Assembly: GCA_001687465.1 (NCBI GenBank)
Contig: LVLI01000206.1
Span: 62,001 to 105,055 of the forward strand
Direction of reading: 5' to 3'
DNA length: 43,055 nucleotides
DNA from: Halocafeteria seosinensis
Taxonomy: Eukaryota
In this document: piece by piece, positions 1-11,172 of the stretch
How positions within the stretch are numbered: the stretch's first letter is position 1
How the letters are laid out: the number at the start of each line of letters is the position of its first letter
The notes under the pieces: generated by a model
Told to the model about the DNA's origin: nothing
Database searches by the model: none
Seen by the model: the letters and a program-made list of their open reading frames with translations, nothing else
Program-made: the position numbers and the translations under genes

Positions 1-459
1 AACCGCCAATTGCTCTATCTACAGTTGCGGGACCCCTCACTTATCTATATAAGCATGATAAGGAGAAAGTGAACCTGCGCATTGGAAATACTGGATCAAC
101 TTGCGTTAGGGATTCAGATCTGCATGGTTCCGTGTTCTGCTTTCAAGAACTTCCGGGAGTCAACGTACTCTGTTCGCCGACGCGACACCCTTGGCTCTTA
201 CTACGGCAAATATGACGAGAGTTGTAACATACAATACTAAGTATGCATCTTGGCTACATACTTAATGCAATGCCTCTTTATTCAACTGGTCACAAGAGAG
301 AAATCGCCCGCAATTCGTACATGTGGTACTGTACATGCCCATATGTATTCCGAGAGGGTAGACAGTTCCTGACTCAGCTACACTTTCGCTTAGATAAGCG
401 CCAATAGCTCTAGAGGTTGGATAGCTGCCTTTCAGGGCACATCGGTAACTCTGGGGGCA

Positions 460-1192
460 ATGTCTGACCACCTCGACGCGTCAGCGGACCTAAGTGAGCG
501 AGGCCGAAGTAGCTCAGACGTTACTGCTACGAAACGGGTTAAAAGAGCCTGTGTACCTTGCTCGAAGAGTAAAACGAAATGCGATGATGGTCGTCCTTGC
601 CAGGTTGGTGAATAATTACTTCTTGAACTGGAACTATACCTATATTGTTCGCTGTGTTGTGTGCTTCTGATACCTGGTACAGAGATGCCTCAGGAAGGGC
701 ATTTCCGCACAGTGCGTGGATCGAGTAACATCAAGAGATAAGAGGGAAGTGTGCCAGCAGAATACACCGGTTCTCCCTGATAACTCTTTTGGCAACATAT
801 TTTCTTTAGTGGACTGGATGCTTGCTTCAAATAATCGCCAGGTTCCGTCATGGCCAGCGTCTCAGATACAGCATCGAATTGAATGCGGTGGCTCTCAAGC
901 GCCTACTCCATCGCTAGGCGAAAGGTCAACACCAAGATATGCATCCTCCTCTAAACGCAAGTACGAGATGGGTGCGGATGATTTATTTCAGAAGGATGAG
1001 CTTCAGGATTCAGATGGAGCACAATACCCTGATTCGGCTCTTGCGGTCACTTCCTCCGAGGGCTCCCGTAGGCTGTTCACAGGTCCTGAATGCGAATCTG
1101 AAACTGGATGCACCGATTTCTATGGCGTACCATTTGCTGAATCATCTGATGACAGCGATTTCGCAATCGCTCTGCGCGACGATGATTCGTAG
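460..1192 (+). CDS. Zn(II)2Cys6 binuclear-cluster (GAL4-type) transcription factor, 2 exons (460-603, 683-1192), ~217 aa
   Basis: Splicing the GT(604)-AG(682) intron joins KRVKRACVPCSKSKTKCDDGRPCQ to RCLRKGISAQCVDR, giving Cx2Cx6Cx5Cx2Cx8C preceded by a basic stretch. It is in frame with ORF 716-1192, which has an acidic C-terminus. Confidence 0.88.
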
Positions 1193-1616
1193 TAAGGGAA
1201 AGTCCAATGTAATTTGCGGCGGCAACTAAAGAATGCATCATCAGGCTGAGCGAGCGCGGAGGTACGGGTACGGTGTGGTATACAGTTCCCAACAACTCTG
1301 ACGTCGCAAGTTAGGCTTCTTCCCTCTTTGAATTGTTGGGTCGAGGTTTTGTTGAGCCATATGCATTATCAACCAATACTGTACAGTGCATTTGTTGTCT
1401 CTTGTGTACTTCCAATTGTGTGCGTATGATTTGTGGCACAAATTGCCGCACACTGTGCCCAAAGTTGAAGTTGCTAAACTTCACACGGTGCAATGTTACA
1501 AGTATGTAGCATACAAGTATACTATGATATGATACACCTATGTCTCAATAGCAGGTTTCCTACAACGTTCTCGGCACACATTGTCGATACACGAGAAAGA
1601 TAGATAGAAAGGGTAC

Positions 1617-3575
1617 ATGAAGTGGAGAGGGAGTTGGATCCCGGTCATGATCCGGGGTCACAGATCGCTGCTGGGGCTATCGACTGCATTATGCTCTTAT
1701 TTTCATCTCCAGCAAACTCCTGTTCACTCGGAGGCTTATCCTCCGAATTTCCTAGGGGCTAGTCCTCACGCTACGCTCCATGAAATCGACACCGTGGAAT
1801 GGCGCATCGACAAGTGGTCGGCGTTCCATCCCCGTGCTGTCTGCACGGCTGCCATCCGTGGAACTGTGCAGGTTAAAGGCGATAGTCCCGTATTTGGTAA
1901 TGGCGTCTTAATCACTTCCCAAGGACACATACTGACGTGTGCACATCTTGTGCACACCAACAAGAACGTTTGTGTGGAATTCGCGGACAATCAGACGTAT
2001 CGGACTCGGCTCGTAGGAATTGACTGGGATGCTGACCTAGCCATCCTCCAAGTTGTGGGACAGCCAATTGGACGCTACTATGAATGGTTCAATGATCTCG
2101 CAGGTGTGGACTACCGTCGTGCCCAACAGGAGCAAAAATCAAGTGCAGAACAAGATGACCTTAAACAAAAAACCTCAAAACTCGCTGGTGGGAATCAGCT
2201 TGAAATTGGGCCAGCAGGAGTAGCTTTGCTCGATCATACCGTATCTAAGGCTGCGTTGGAGGCAACACATCGAGCCGAACGAAGGAGGTATCGAAGTGTC
2301 GCCGAGGTTAGCAGCTTTGTATACGACATCGAGTCTGATCGTGCAAGTGTACCTCAGAGTTTAGACCTGGCTCAGTGGCAGTACTGGTGGCGTTCCGTTC
2401 GAATTGGTGATCGTGTCTACCGTCTCTATCATAGGATCTTAGAGCGTAACTGGAGGCTGGGCGACGAAGATAGAATAGGTGGAGAACGCCTTCGAGCGGC
2501 GGCCTTCCGTGAAAGGCACGGGGAAAATGCAGGGCCTTCGGATGATGGGCGCCTCGAAGACACAGGGATCATCGCCAGGGTACGCTGGTTACTAAATAAA
2601 CTACGACGGTCTCATTCGTTTCTCCATCCGCTTGAATTGGCGACACACGAAGCGCTAAAGACTATTGATGGAAAACAGGACCCTTTTTTGGCTGCGAGGA
2701 GCTACTATCAAAGTGACAATGCTGACCAACAAGAACGCCTCATGACAGCGCGCATTCCTCTGTCATCTCGGCGTTCAATCCCACAAACCCTGTTTTGTGC
2801 TGGGATAAATCCTCCATCAATCGAGTATTCCACTGTAAACATTGTGCGCATGCTTCCAGATATAACTAATGCTGTTCCGCGTTGTAGGGATGCTATCTCG
2901 GAGTTACCTGGATGGAGGGGAAACGCGACACAGGGCTATTTTTTCGGCAGACGAATGGACGAGGCCCCTCTTTGGTCGGATGATTCTCATGACCCTTCTC
3001 TAGCAGTAATCCGGTTTGCACCATCAACCTTTATGTCCCGACCGGGATCACCTATACTGGATAGTGATGGCAATCTGGTAGGGCTTGTATTACGAGGTGA
3101 CACGAAGATACACGATGCTATTGATTTGACCGCTACAGATTCTGCTGCTCGAGTCAAAGTGATGCTTGAAGAGCAGGGTTCTAAGAAATGCTTGTCCAAA
3201 CCTGTATCGCCCTCAGATTTTGGATGCTTTTATCACTTCCGCCCTCATGAGCAAACGGCAGTAGTGGACGCAGTTTCTCGAGGTTCTGTGGCAGAAGCAA
3301 AAGGGATCCAACCGGGAGATAGAATTACTCACGTTGATGGAACTGCTGTTCGCTCATCGTACGAGTTGAGCAAGCGCCTAAAGGAATATCTCGTATCTAA
3401 GAGAAGGTGTAAATTACGCGTAGAACGTCTAAGTAACCCGGTTAATCCTCCATTGTGCTCGGTTGATTTTCATGCTATTGAACTGGCGCGGGACTCTGTT
3501 GATGCTGTTGTACAGCGGCGGGACGAGAGGCCCTCGTTCGATGCGGGCTATAAGAACAAGCTGGAACAATTGTAG
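1617..3575 (+). CDS. HtrA/DegP-like trypsin-fold protein with C-terminal PDZ; probably catalytically inactive
   Basis: GNGVLITSQGHILTCAH (His), DWDADLAIL (Asp), SRPGSPILDSDGNLVGL (aligns to GNSGGPL..dGevIGi), and PDZ VDAVSRGSVAEAKGIQPGDRITHVDG. The basic N-terminus resembles a mitochondrial presequence. Confidence 0.82.
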   Translation: MKWRGSWIPVMIRGHRSLLGLSTALCSYFHLQQTPVHSEAYPPNFLGASPHATLHEIDTVEWRIDKWSAFHPRAVCTAAIRGTVQVKGDSPVFGNGVLITSQGHILTCAHLVHTNKNVCVEFADNQTYRTRLVGIDWDADLAILQVVGQPIGRYYEWFNDLAGVDYRRAQQEQKSSAEQDDLKQKTSKLAGGNQLEIGPAGVALLDHTVSKAALEATHRAERRRYRSVAEVSSFVYDIESDRASVPQSLDLAQWQYWWRSVRIGDRVYRLYHRILERNWRLGDEDRIGGERLRAAAFRERHGENAGPSDDGRLEDTGIIARVRWLLNKLRRSHSFLHPLELATHEALKTIDGKQDPFLAARSYYQSDNADQQERLMTARIPLSSRRSIPQTLFCAGINPPSIEYSTVNIVRMLPDITNAVPRCRDAISELPGWRGNATQGYFFGRRMDEAPLWSDDSHDPSLAVIRFAPSTFMSRPGSPILDSDGNLVGLVLRGDTKIHDAIDLTATDSAARVKVMLEEQGSKKCLSKPVSPSDFGCFYHFRPHEQTAVVDAVSRGSVAEAKGIQPGDRITHVDGTAVRSSYELSKRLKEYLVSKRRCKLRVERLSNPVNPPLCSVDFHAIELARDSVDAVVQRRDERPSFDAGYKNKLEQL

Positions 3576-4642
3576 ATATATACGCTGTGGATTGAATGTC
3601 GGATCTTGCAGCGCTAGGACCACAGTTTTGGGTGGTACACCCCGTTATAGCACTGTAGTAGCTACCACCAACGTGTACAGATTGTGCACCAATTAGGTCT
3701 TCTTGGTTGCACGCGATTCCTATGCTCAGTAATGAAGCACTCTCTGAATAACATCAGCGTTCGGATCTAGTCGTAAGCACGCTTAGCACCGACTAAACTT
3801 CTACTCGGTTACTTCCAGGTTGACTCTACCTGCTGGCTGGGGGAAATATTCCGCCATCGACACTCCCGGTTCCTGGGCGGGGGCAGTGTCGGTGCCATCT
3901 GAGTCGATGGGTGACGCTTGCATCGGCTTCAGATGAGATTTCAGTTTTGTCTGAAGCGCCGAGCGAGACCGCTTCCTGCCGCTTGCGGCCTTGGACGGAA
4001 TCGACGACTCCCGTTTCTCTTTCTTTCCCTTGTTCGTTCCCTCATGTCCACAGCCGTAGTAGCTCCTCAAAACGAGTACTACCTGATAGTTCAGCATGAC
4101 GCTGCAAAGCAAAGGGACGGCACAACAATTCGAACAAACAAGCCGTCGTTCGCCAACTTGCTACCACCAACGTTGTCTCCTCTGACGCAATGCTAAAAGG
4201 AGTGGGTCTGTAGTTTCTCCTTATCAATCGGAAAGAGGCCTCGGGGAAGTATCCAAACAAAGAAGAGGGATGCTCCTGCTCTCTCTTGTTGAGCCTTCGA
4301 CCTCTTCGCTCATTGTGCCCAGGAGGTTTGTGTTGTGTTTACTCCCGTCCCAAACAAGCCATTTCAATAGGTTTTGCGTAGGGCAATTTGTCTCAAAACT
4401 CACGGCACTCCGTTGAGTGGCTTCACGTCCACAGATCGTCGTGATGTGAACCTGAAGGAGATACATAGGACGAAATACCACAAATTTGTTTTTGGGTGGG
4501 AAGCATACATGTACCGTGTGGTAGATCACCGCGTCTCTGTTGTGTGGTATTGAGGTTTGAAACCATGCCATTTCTGTGATCGTTCTTGGCTCACGTGGCA
4601 TCAAATGAATAAATGATGGTACCAATTACGTATTATTGAACG

Positions 4643-5908
4643 ATGATGTCGGCAGTCGAAGAACTTCTACGCTTGTACCTCATGTGGAATTCTGAAGTGT
4701 ATCGTTTTCCGCGACAGACCTTTCTTCCACAAACAGTAGTGTACTGGGAAACAGTGGCTGGCGTGACTTCTGGCTCCGAGGTGTCGTGGGTGGCGTGTTT
4801 ACCGTGGAGCACATGCACTCTTGTCGGCCATAGCGACGAGAATACGAGGAAAGACCTGCAGGTTCGGTATCCATTCTTCCGGGGGCATGGGAATATGAGA
4901 ACGATAGTCTTTACGGATACCATTTCGTGCTTCTCAAGGTTAACCTCATTGGACATCCAGTCCCTAGAGTGCATCAATCCTATCTCGGATCAAGATTTCT
5001 ACCACCTGTCAAACCTGCGTTGCCTTTTCATGAGCTGGGTTCCGAGCGAGAAAATTACGGATGGAGCGTTTGAGCACCTATCCAATTTGACAAAACTAGA
5101 TATGGATGGATGCAGGCAAACAACGATTTCAGATAGCGCTTTCAAACATTTGTCGGGGCTGGTCAATCTAAACATTCGGTATGATACTCAAACAACGCTC
5201 ACGAACGAAGCGTTTAAGCACCTACAGAAACTAACGTTTCTTGATATGAAGCAATGCCGTCAAAGTACGATAGGCAGTGACGCATTTAGTCACTTATCTA
5301 AGTTGGAAGGGTTAAATATATCAGGGTGTGATCAGACAACGCTCACGAGTCGTGCTTTCCAACACTTAGGGAATTTGACCTCGCTGGGTATGGCATCCTG
5401 CTTAGACTTAGTAGAACCCGACAGCACATTTCATTCGCTGCCGAAATTGTTGAGTCTCGATCTGAAGAGTATCAGGATCGTACAGCGAGTCAATGATGCC
5501 TTTGCAGGATTGTCAAAGCTGACGATGCTTGATTTGAGGTATGGCAGAACGTCAGGCCTATCGGATCGCGCCTTTCAACATTTGGCAACCTTAAAATGCC
5601 TTCTTATGAATGAGTGCAAGCAACCCTCAATTACTGACGAAGCATTTCGACATTTGTCGAACCTAACATACCTATCAATGGGAAGATGTGATCAACCAAC
5701 AATTACCAACGGCGCATTCCGGCACTTGGTAAACTTACGCAGATTGAATATGCAGATGTGCAATCAAGAAACGATAACGGGTGCAGCGTTTGCACCTTTG
5801 CTTAACTTAACATGGCTTTGCATTCAAGGATGCACTCAAAGCTCCATAGTGAATGAGTCGTTTCAACATTTGCCGTACCTCAAGCAGTCAAACATTTTGC
5901 GTTCGTAA
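4643..5908 (+). CDS. Intronless leucine-rich repeat protein, ~13 repeats of 24 aa
   Basis: Repeats of the type ITDGAFEHLSNLTKLDMDGCRQTT run across the C-terminal ~300 aa. The true start is uncertain. Confidence 0.85.
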   Translation: MMSAVEELLRLYLMWNSEVYRFPRQTFLPQTVVYWETVAGVTSGSEVSWVACLPWSTCTLVGHSDENTRKDLQVRYPFFRGHGNMRTIVFTDTISCFSRLTSLDIQSLECINPISDQDFYHLSNLRCLFMSWVPSEKITDGAFEHLSNLTKLDMDGCRQTTISDSAFKHLSGLVNLNIRYDTQTTLTNEAFKHLQKLTFLDMKQCRQSTIGSDAFSHLSKLEGLNISGCDQTTLTSRAFQHLGNLTSLGMASCLDLVEPDSTFHSLPKLLSLDLKSIRIVQRVNDAFAGLSKLTMLDLRYGRTSGLSDRAFQHLATLKCLLMNECKQPSITDEAFRHLSNLTYLSMGRCDQPTITNGAFRHLVNLRRLNMQMCNQETITGAAFAPLLNLTWLCIQGCTQSSIVNESFQHLPYLKQSNILRS

Positions 5909-6361
5909 GGAATGTAGAGGGGCCAATGATTCACTAGTTCGGTACCAACGCTGCATGTTTACCGGACAATTACTCGGTTCTCAATCTGATCCTTAAACGC
6001 CTTCTTAGCTGGAGCGCAAGTGACTAATGGTAGTGATATTTCGTTACCACGGAACGGGGCTAGCCCATTCGAGTGAGGGCTGCCCGCGATACGTTATAGT
6101 GACCATGAATTGCGTAAACTCTAAGGGAACTAGACCGTTATAAGGATTTCTATGGGACGTCTGGTCTCATTTGCTTGGAACATGTGACACAGCTACGGAG
6201 GAAGAGCGTATTATGGGGTAGGGCGGTAAGACTCAAAATACTTGAATTGAATGCATCGGAAGCACACACACATAGAAAGAGAATTCCACACAACAGGTGG
6301 CTGCAATTACTATCAAGCAAAGATCCGAGTCCTGCCAATTGATGAACCATTCGTAGACCTA

Positions 6362-8840
6362 CTATTCTAGTTCCGGGATGGGAACTTCCCGCATCCATAG
6401 TTCATGAATAAACTGGTATAATTCGACACTCACAGAAACCTTGTACGGAGTCGGGTTAAGCGGACGCAAGTGATCACTACGCATTAAATCGATTTGAGCT
6501 TCCACGTAATTTCTTAACTGTTGCAATGTTGGAAAGCCGGCTCTCAGTGAGTGTACACCTTTCCCATTCTTGATGTCTTCCAGTGGAGTGGAGGACGTAG
6601 ACACTTGCTGGTCGCTTCCGAAGAAGCTATTTGCAGCTTCTTGACGAGTCTTTTCGTCTTCAATATCCATCTCAGTAACATGTGCGTCCTTGCCAACCCA
6701 GACCAATCCAAGAAGGGGGAGTACCTTCTTTGGAGTGACGTAGACCCGTTTCTTCTCGTCGAAAGGGTGGCGGCAAAGGACTCTTTTGTCAGGACGGGGG
6801 CGTCCTTCCCCGGCCCGCAAAAGGAGGTCAGCTAGCGGAACGCCTTCAGCCCCGAAGAGACGAAATGCTTCCTTGGCGCCAGGTAACGTAACCTGCGTCG
6901 TACGAGATAATCAATTCCATCACCGAAATTCCGTATTTAACATATACAGTTCCATTTACCTTGGTGATATCTTGACTAAGTTTGATTCTCGCTTTCCCGT
7001 TAGTTTCAACAAGTTTATATACCATCCCTGCACAATCCCAGCGTGAAAAACCGTCGTACGCTTGACTCGAGACGCTGTACGACATCATACCTAAAGCGGG
7101 TTGAGCTTGGCAAGTGACTAGGTGCGTTCCGATTCCAAAGGCATCCACCTCATGGCCTTGATCGTCCAGAGAATGAAGCACCGGTTCATTTATGTCGTTG
7201 CTTGCTACAATGGTACTGTTCGCAATGCTAGTACCGTAGCGGGCGTCGGCCTGTAGAAGGGGAAATGAAAGAATGGGTATCAGGTTGACAACGGAAGTCA
7301 CTAAAACTACGGGCTATTATTACGTACTTTATGAAACATTTTGCGAATTTCCTTAGAAAGATAGGCCAAATCACCACTGCACAATATGAACCATAAGCCC
7401 CAATTACTTTCGGCATGCTTCATGTCGTGGATGACTTACCTGTCGATGCGGACACCGGCCGCAGTGTAGCCTACCTTATGCAGCACCAATGCTACACAAA
7501 TAAAGTTCGGTACTCCAGAAGAGAGAGTCTCATAGGTGTCTACCAATGCTAAGAAGTTGTTAGGAAACGCCTGTGGGTGCGGAGCGTCTGAATGTGTGGA
7601 TCCAAAACAGAGAGTTGCAGTAGCACCGTGGAACTCACCTTGGCATAAGCAACAAAGGCCGCAAGCTCTGAATCACTTGCATTTTGATAGTTCATTTCCT
7701 TCCGATAACGAAGAGCTTCTTCAACCAGATCTATTCCCTGGGATTTAGCAAGCGGGAAAATGTAAGTGAAGCAGTGCATCCATACGGCTAAGTACGTAGC
7801 ACGTACTTCGAGTTTACGATCAACAATGTCATCGAACGAAGTGTATGCGCTCACAAAAGCATGTGCGTGCGTCCCGCTTGTCTCAATGTTATACAGGTAA
7901 CCAGCTTGTACGTTCGAAGTTGCGTCAAACCCTCCCATGTAGGAATACCTGAGTAGCGACAAAGGGGAGGTGTCGTATGAGACATGGGGGCTCACGGGTA
8001 AAATACGAACGGCTGCATACTTACTTAGAAGCGGTCATTCCACCATCTGGCCCTTGGGCACGTCGTAACCCAAATTCTAGCAGCTTCTTATCCCGGCCTG
8101 CGGCCAGTCGGAATCGACAAGCATTTGTGGTCATCAACGATGCAAAGTTACAGAGATTTAAGAGAGTGGTTTCCAGTAATTGACAGATACCCAAGGGTCC
8201 TTCCACTCTGCATAAAGTAAAGCCAAAGCCGAGGCTTTGATAGTACCGTTTTGACACCAGGTACGAGCGCCAACCATACCTCAATACCGGGACTCGAGGG
8301 AATACAATAGTTCCCTCTGGAACTCCGTATACTTTAACTTGTGAGCAGTCCAGGCTTTGCAGATATTCGAAGAACTCTGGGTTCGCATCGGGGAGAATCG
8401 ACCTGCCGCAAATAGCAGAACATTGGCTCCATATTCGTTGCAGGAACCTGATGTAAGGTGGGCTTACTTGAGATACTCTACTTGATCCTCCGTAATTTTG
8501 TATGATTGGAGGAACTTTAGGCACTGCAATAAGCAGAACAATACCAGAGGCGTGCTAAATACGCATCATAAACGCGAAAAAGCATGGAAAACGAGTCCAT
8601 CCACGTGGCCTGCATAATACTTACATCTTCGAGGCCCCCAAAAATGGTGAATTCACCCTGAAACGGGTTTTTTCGAAAGAATGCGTCGAAGACAGCGTAG
8701 TCCTTATGGCGTCCCGACTTCCAGTAGGCGTAGCACATGGTCACCTGGTACATATCGGTCAATAAAGGCGTGATAAACCTGTTACTGGGGGTCTCTTCCG
8801 GCTTGGCCGGAAGCAAAGCCTGGGGGATTACAGTGTCCAT
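6362..8840 (-). CDS. NAPRT: Nicotinate phosphoribosyltransferase, multi-exon
   Basis: [85 protein letters not shown] and [13 protein letters not shown], spread over GT-AG spliced exons. Confidence 0.96.
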
Positions 8841-9245
8841 TGCGTCTTTTCTCCGGGGAACACAAGCTATAAAAACTGTGTAAAGTTTTTTCAACAGATA
8901 TGCCTTTGGATATACAATGATATCAGTAGAATCGGTCCAAATGAGCCATCAACTTCTTGACGTGGAGGGGACGTTGAAGTTGTTCCGACTTTGGAAGTTT
9001 AGGGGCCGCTTGTCCTGGGAAACTTGGCGCCTGAATGGTGGACCGAGAATCATACAACGAAAATTTCCCGAAACGAGTGCAGACTAATTTGACGAGTATG
9101 TCTTCTTCTATGGTGTGCGCGGATTACCGAGCTGTACGTACCGCCAAAATTCGTGCAACCCTATTGCACGTTGGATATACAGCACTGGCTCTACCGAGTA
9201 TAAGGAAATTGGTCTAAATTTTAACTAACTAAAGTAACTTCTCAA

Positions 9246-10392
9246 CTAACGTCCTTCTGGAGATGGTTTACGCATCCGGCGAAGACCTTCTTCGAAAATC
9301 GTCCATGTGACGGCCGTGGAGAAAGCCCGCTTCGCAACACGCACTGTGGCACCGCTGTACAATGAGGCGATGCCTTCGTGGCGTAAGATGTGCTTCAGTT
9401 CGTAAATAACTCCTGAGGACTTGTGCTTCACCGCTTGGAGAACACCAAGGCTCGAAGCAGAAGTGTCCATGCGCTGGTAGTAGTCCACCTGGAGACGGGT
9501 TTTCAACACGTCAGCAGGATGCGTGCATAACGTGGCAATTACACCACCTAATAACCCTGCTGAAAAGTTTCTTGTTGCCTGTTGCACAGCATTCGGATCC
9601 TGTATACTATGCCGTGCAATTAAAGACTTTAGGGTACTAAATGAAAGGAAATAGATACCCGAATATGGAGCGTCGCGGACGATAGTAGGCAATAATCCGG
9701 CGTAGAGACCTCGAATTCCTTCAGTCCTTGCAATATGAATAGCCGCCGGTATCGTATGTCTATAAGGGTTGCTGCTAGTGGCTACGCCATGGGTATACTT
9801 TTGTGAGCCCCATTCTACTCGCGTTTTCACTACCGACACTGGATTCATTACCGTCGCTGCAAACGATCGCGCGATAGCTCCGGCACTGAACGCTCTTGAA
9901 GAAGAAGGCTTCTTGTTTTCTCCACTCTTGTCATCTGCTCTTTTGAAATTGACTATTGTCTGGAGAGTGCAAAAGTATAGTCCAGCACCAAAGAATACAC
10001 GGACGACAGAGGCCTCAAGGCCTCTCCAGAAGGCTAGGATTCCACCATCTCGGTAGATAGCTTTGGCAGCCCCAAGAGGGCTTCTGCTCTTTTTTATCCA
10101 TTCGGCTGACTGTGCATCAGTAGCGACGCTCCGCTGTCCTTGTTGAACTGTCTTAATGACGTCCAGGGGCTGTAATAGGGCAGCTGCATAAGAACAAATC
10201 AGGTGTTGCTGTTTCAAAGCACATTGCTCTGCTTTGGAGCTTACCAGTGACTGTTCCAGCTGTAGCCCCTGACAGAAAATTGTTCCGTGCGCGTTTGAAC
10301 CAGCCTTCGCTCTTCTCCCTTTGCGAGTTTTGCTCAGTTGCAGAGGAAGATGATGCCGCTGACACGGTGGGGCGACTGCTGTCTTTGGACAT
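9246..10392 (-). CDS. SLC25A38: Mitochondrial carrier, SLC25A38/Hem25 (glycine carrier) type; 2 exons (10392-10245, 10183-9246)
   Basis: Three carrier repeats with Px[DE]xxK-type signatures (QPLDVIKT, NPVSVVKTR, HPADVLKTR). RDAPYSGIY and KRAFSTAVTWTIFE are typical of the SLC25A38 subfamily. Confidence 0.85.
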
Positions 10393-10686
10393 CCTATCTG
10401 CTGGCTTTAAGAGATTGTACCACCGGTGGCAATTGAATAAGACCAATCCGGCGGGATAGTACGTAGTTAATGGCATAACTTAATGCAGTAGCACATGGTG
10501 AATGGAGCAGGTAAACTTCGCGAAGGTAGGTAGCTTCTTGTGAATGTCGGGCGGCTTTTGAAAGTTTTGACTTTCATGGAGCGCATGGTCCTGCTTTTCC
10601 TACTGGAGATGATGAAGCATATAACGGTGTCTGAGAAAGATAAATGCAAGAGGGATTGGAGAATATGAGGAGCAAGAAGAAATCCC

Positions 10687-10694
10687 AAAAAAAA
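10687..10694 (-). terminator. RNA polymerase III oligo-T terminator of the tRNA-Gln gene
   Basis: T8 run on the minus strand a few bases 3' of the tRNA. Confidence 0.75.
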
Positions 10695-10698
10695 GGAA

Positions 10699-10770
10699 AG
10701 GCTCCACGGGGATTCGAACCCCGGCTTAGAGATTCAGAGTCTCTCGTCATAACCCCTAGACCATGGAGCC
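10699..10770 (-). tRNA. tRNA-Gln (anticodon CTG)
   Basis: The reverse complement GGCTCCATGGTCTAGGGGTTATGACGAGAGACTCTGAATCTCTAAGCCGGGGTTCGAATCCCCGTGGAGCCT folds as a 72-nt cloverleaf with anticodon stem AGAGA/TCTCT, loop CTCTGAA and a GTTCGAATC T-loop. Confidence 0.96.
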
Positions 10771-11172
10771 ATCGGTCAAAGGTCGACCCAATGTAGGACA
10801 AATGAGAGGCATTTTAAATATTTATACTACTGTAAACTTCAATTTCGTGGACCATGCTGGATGGGTTTCTTGGGTACGGTAATTGATAGAATATGAGTAT
10901 ATCATTTGACGGTGGATAATGCTCATGTTATTAGTAAGAACCATAGTGGAATTTATGGAAACGTAGGGATAGTACAACTCATAGTTTCCTCGTGGTTTCT
11001 TAGTCGGGAAGGACGGTCCCAGGGCTACATTAACTTCTTCGCGTGTTTACGGCATGATTTAGATGCATTTAGACTGTGGCTCTCGTTTCGTAAGTGTGCA
11101 CGCTATCCCGCCGTCGATAGACCGAGGGGAAATGGGAGATCACGGCCGCGATACTGACTGAATTCCAACACC

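Noticed and set aside
1..265. Possible 3' end of an upstream + strand gene
   Set aside because: An open frame and possible splice sites exist, but there is no recognisable motif and the frame is ambiguous.
3801..4625. Minus-strand ORFs (103, 72 and 133 aa) as a spliced gene
   Set aside because: Donor- and acceptor-like sites are present, but I could not assemble a consistent open frame or recognise a domain.
6050..6113. RNase MRP CR-V-like ACGGAACGGGGCTA and 5.8S-like GCGATACGT...TGAATTGC
   Set aside because: The matches are short and lack the other required conserved regions (no CR-I, no rest of 5.8S). Kept only as an unassigned structured candidate.
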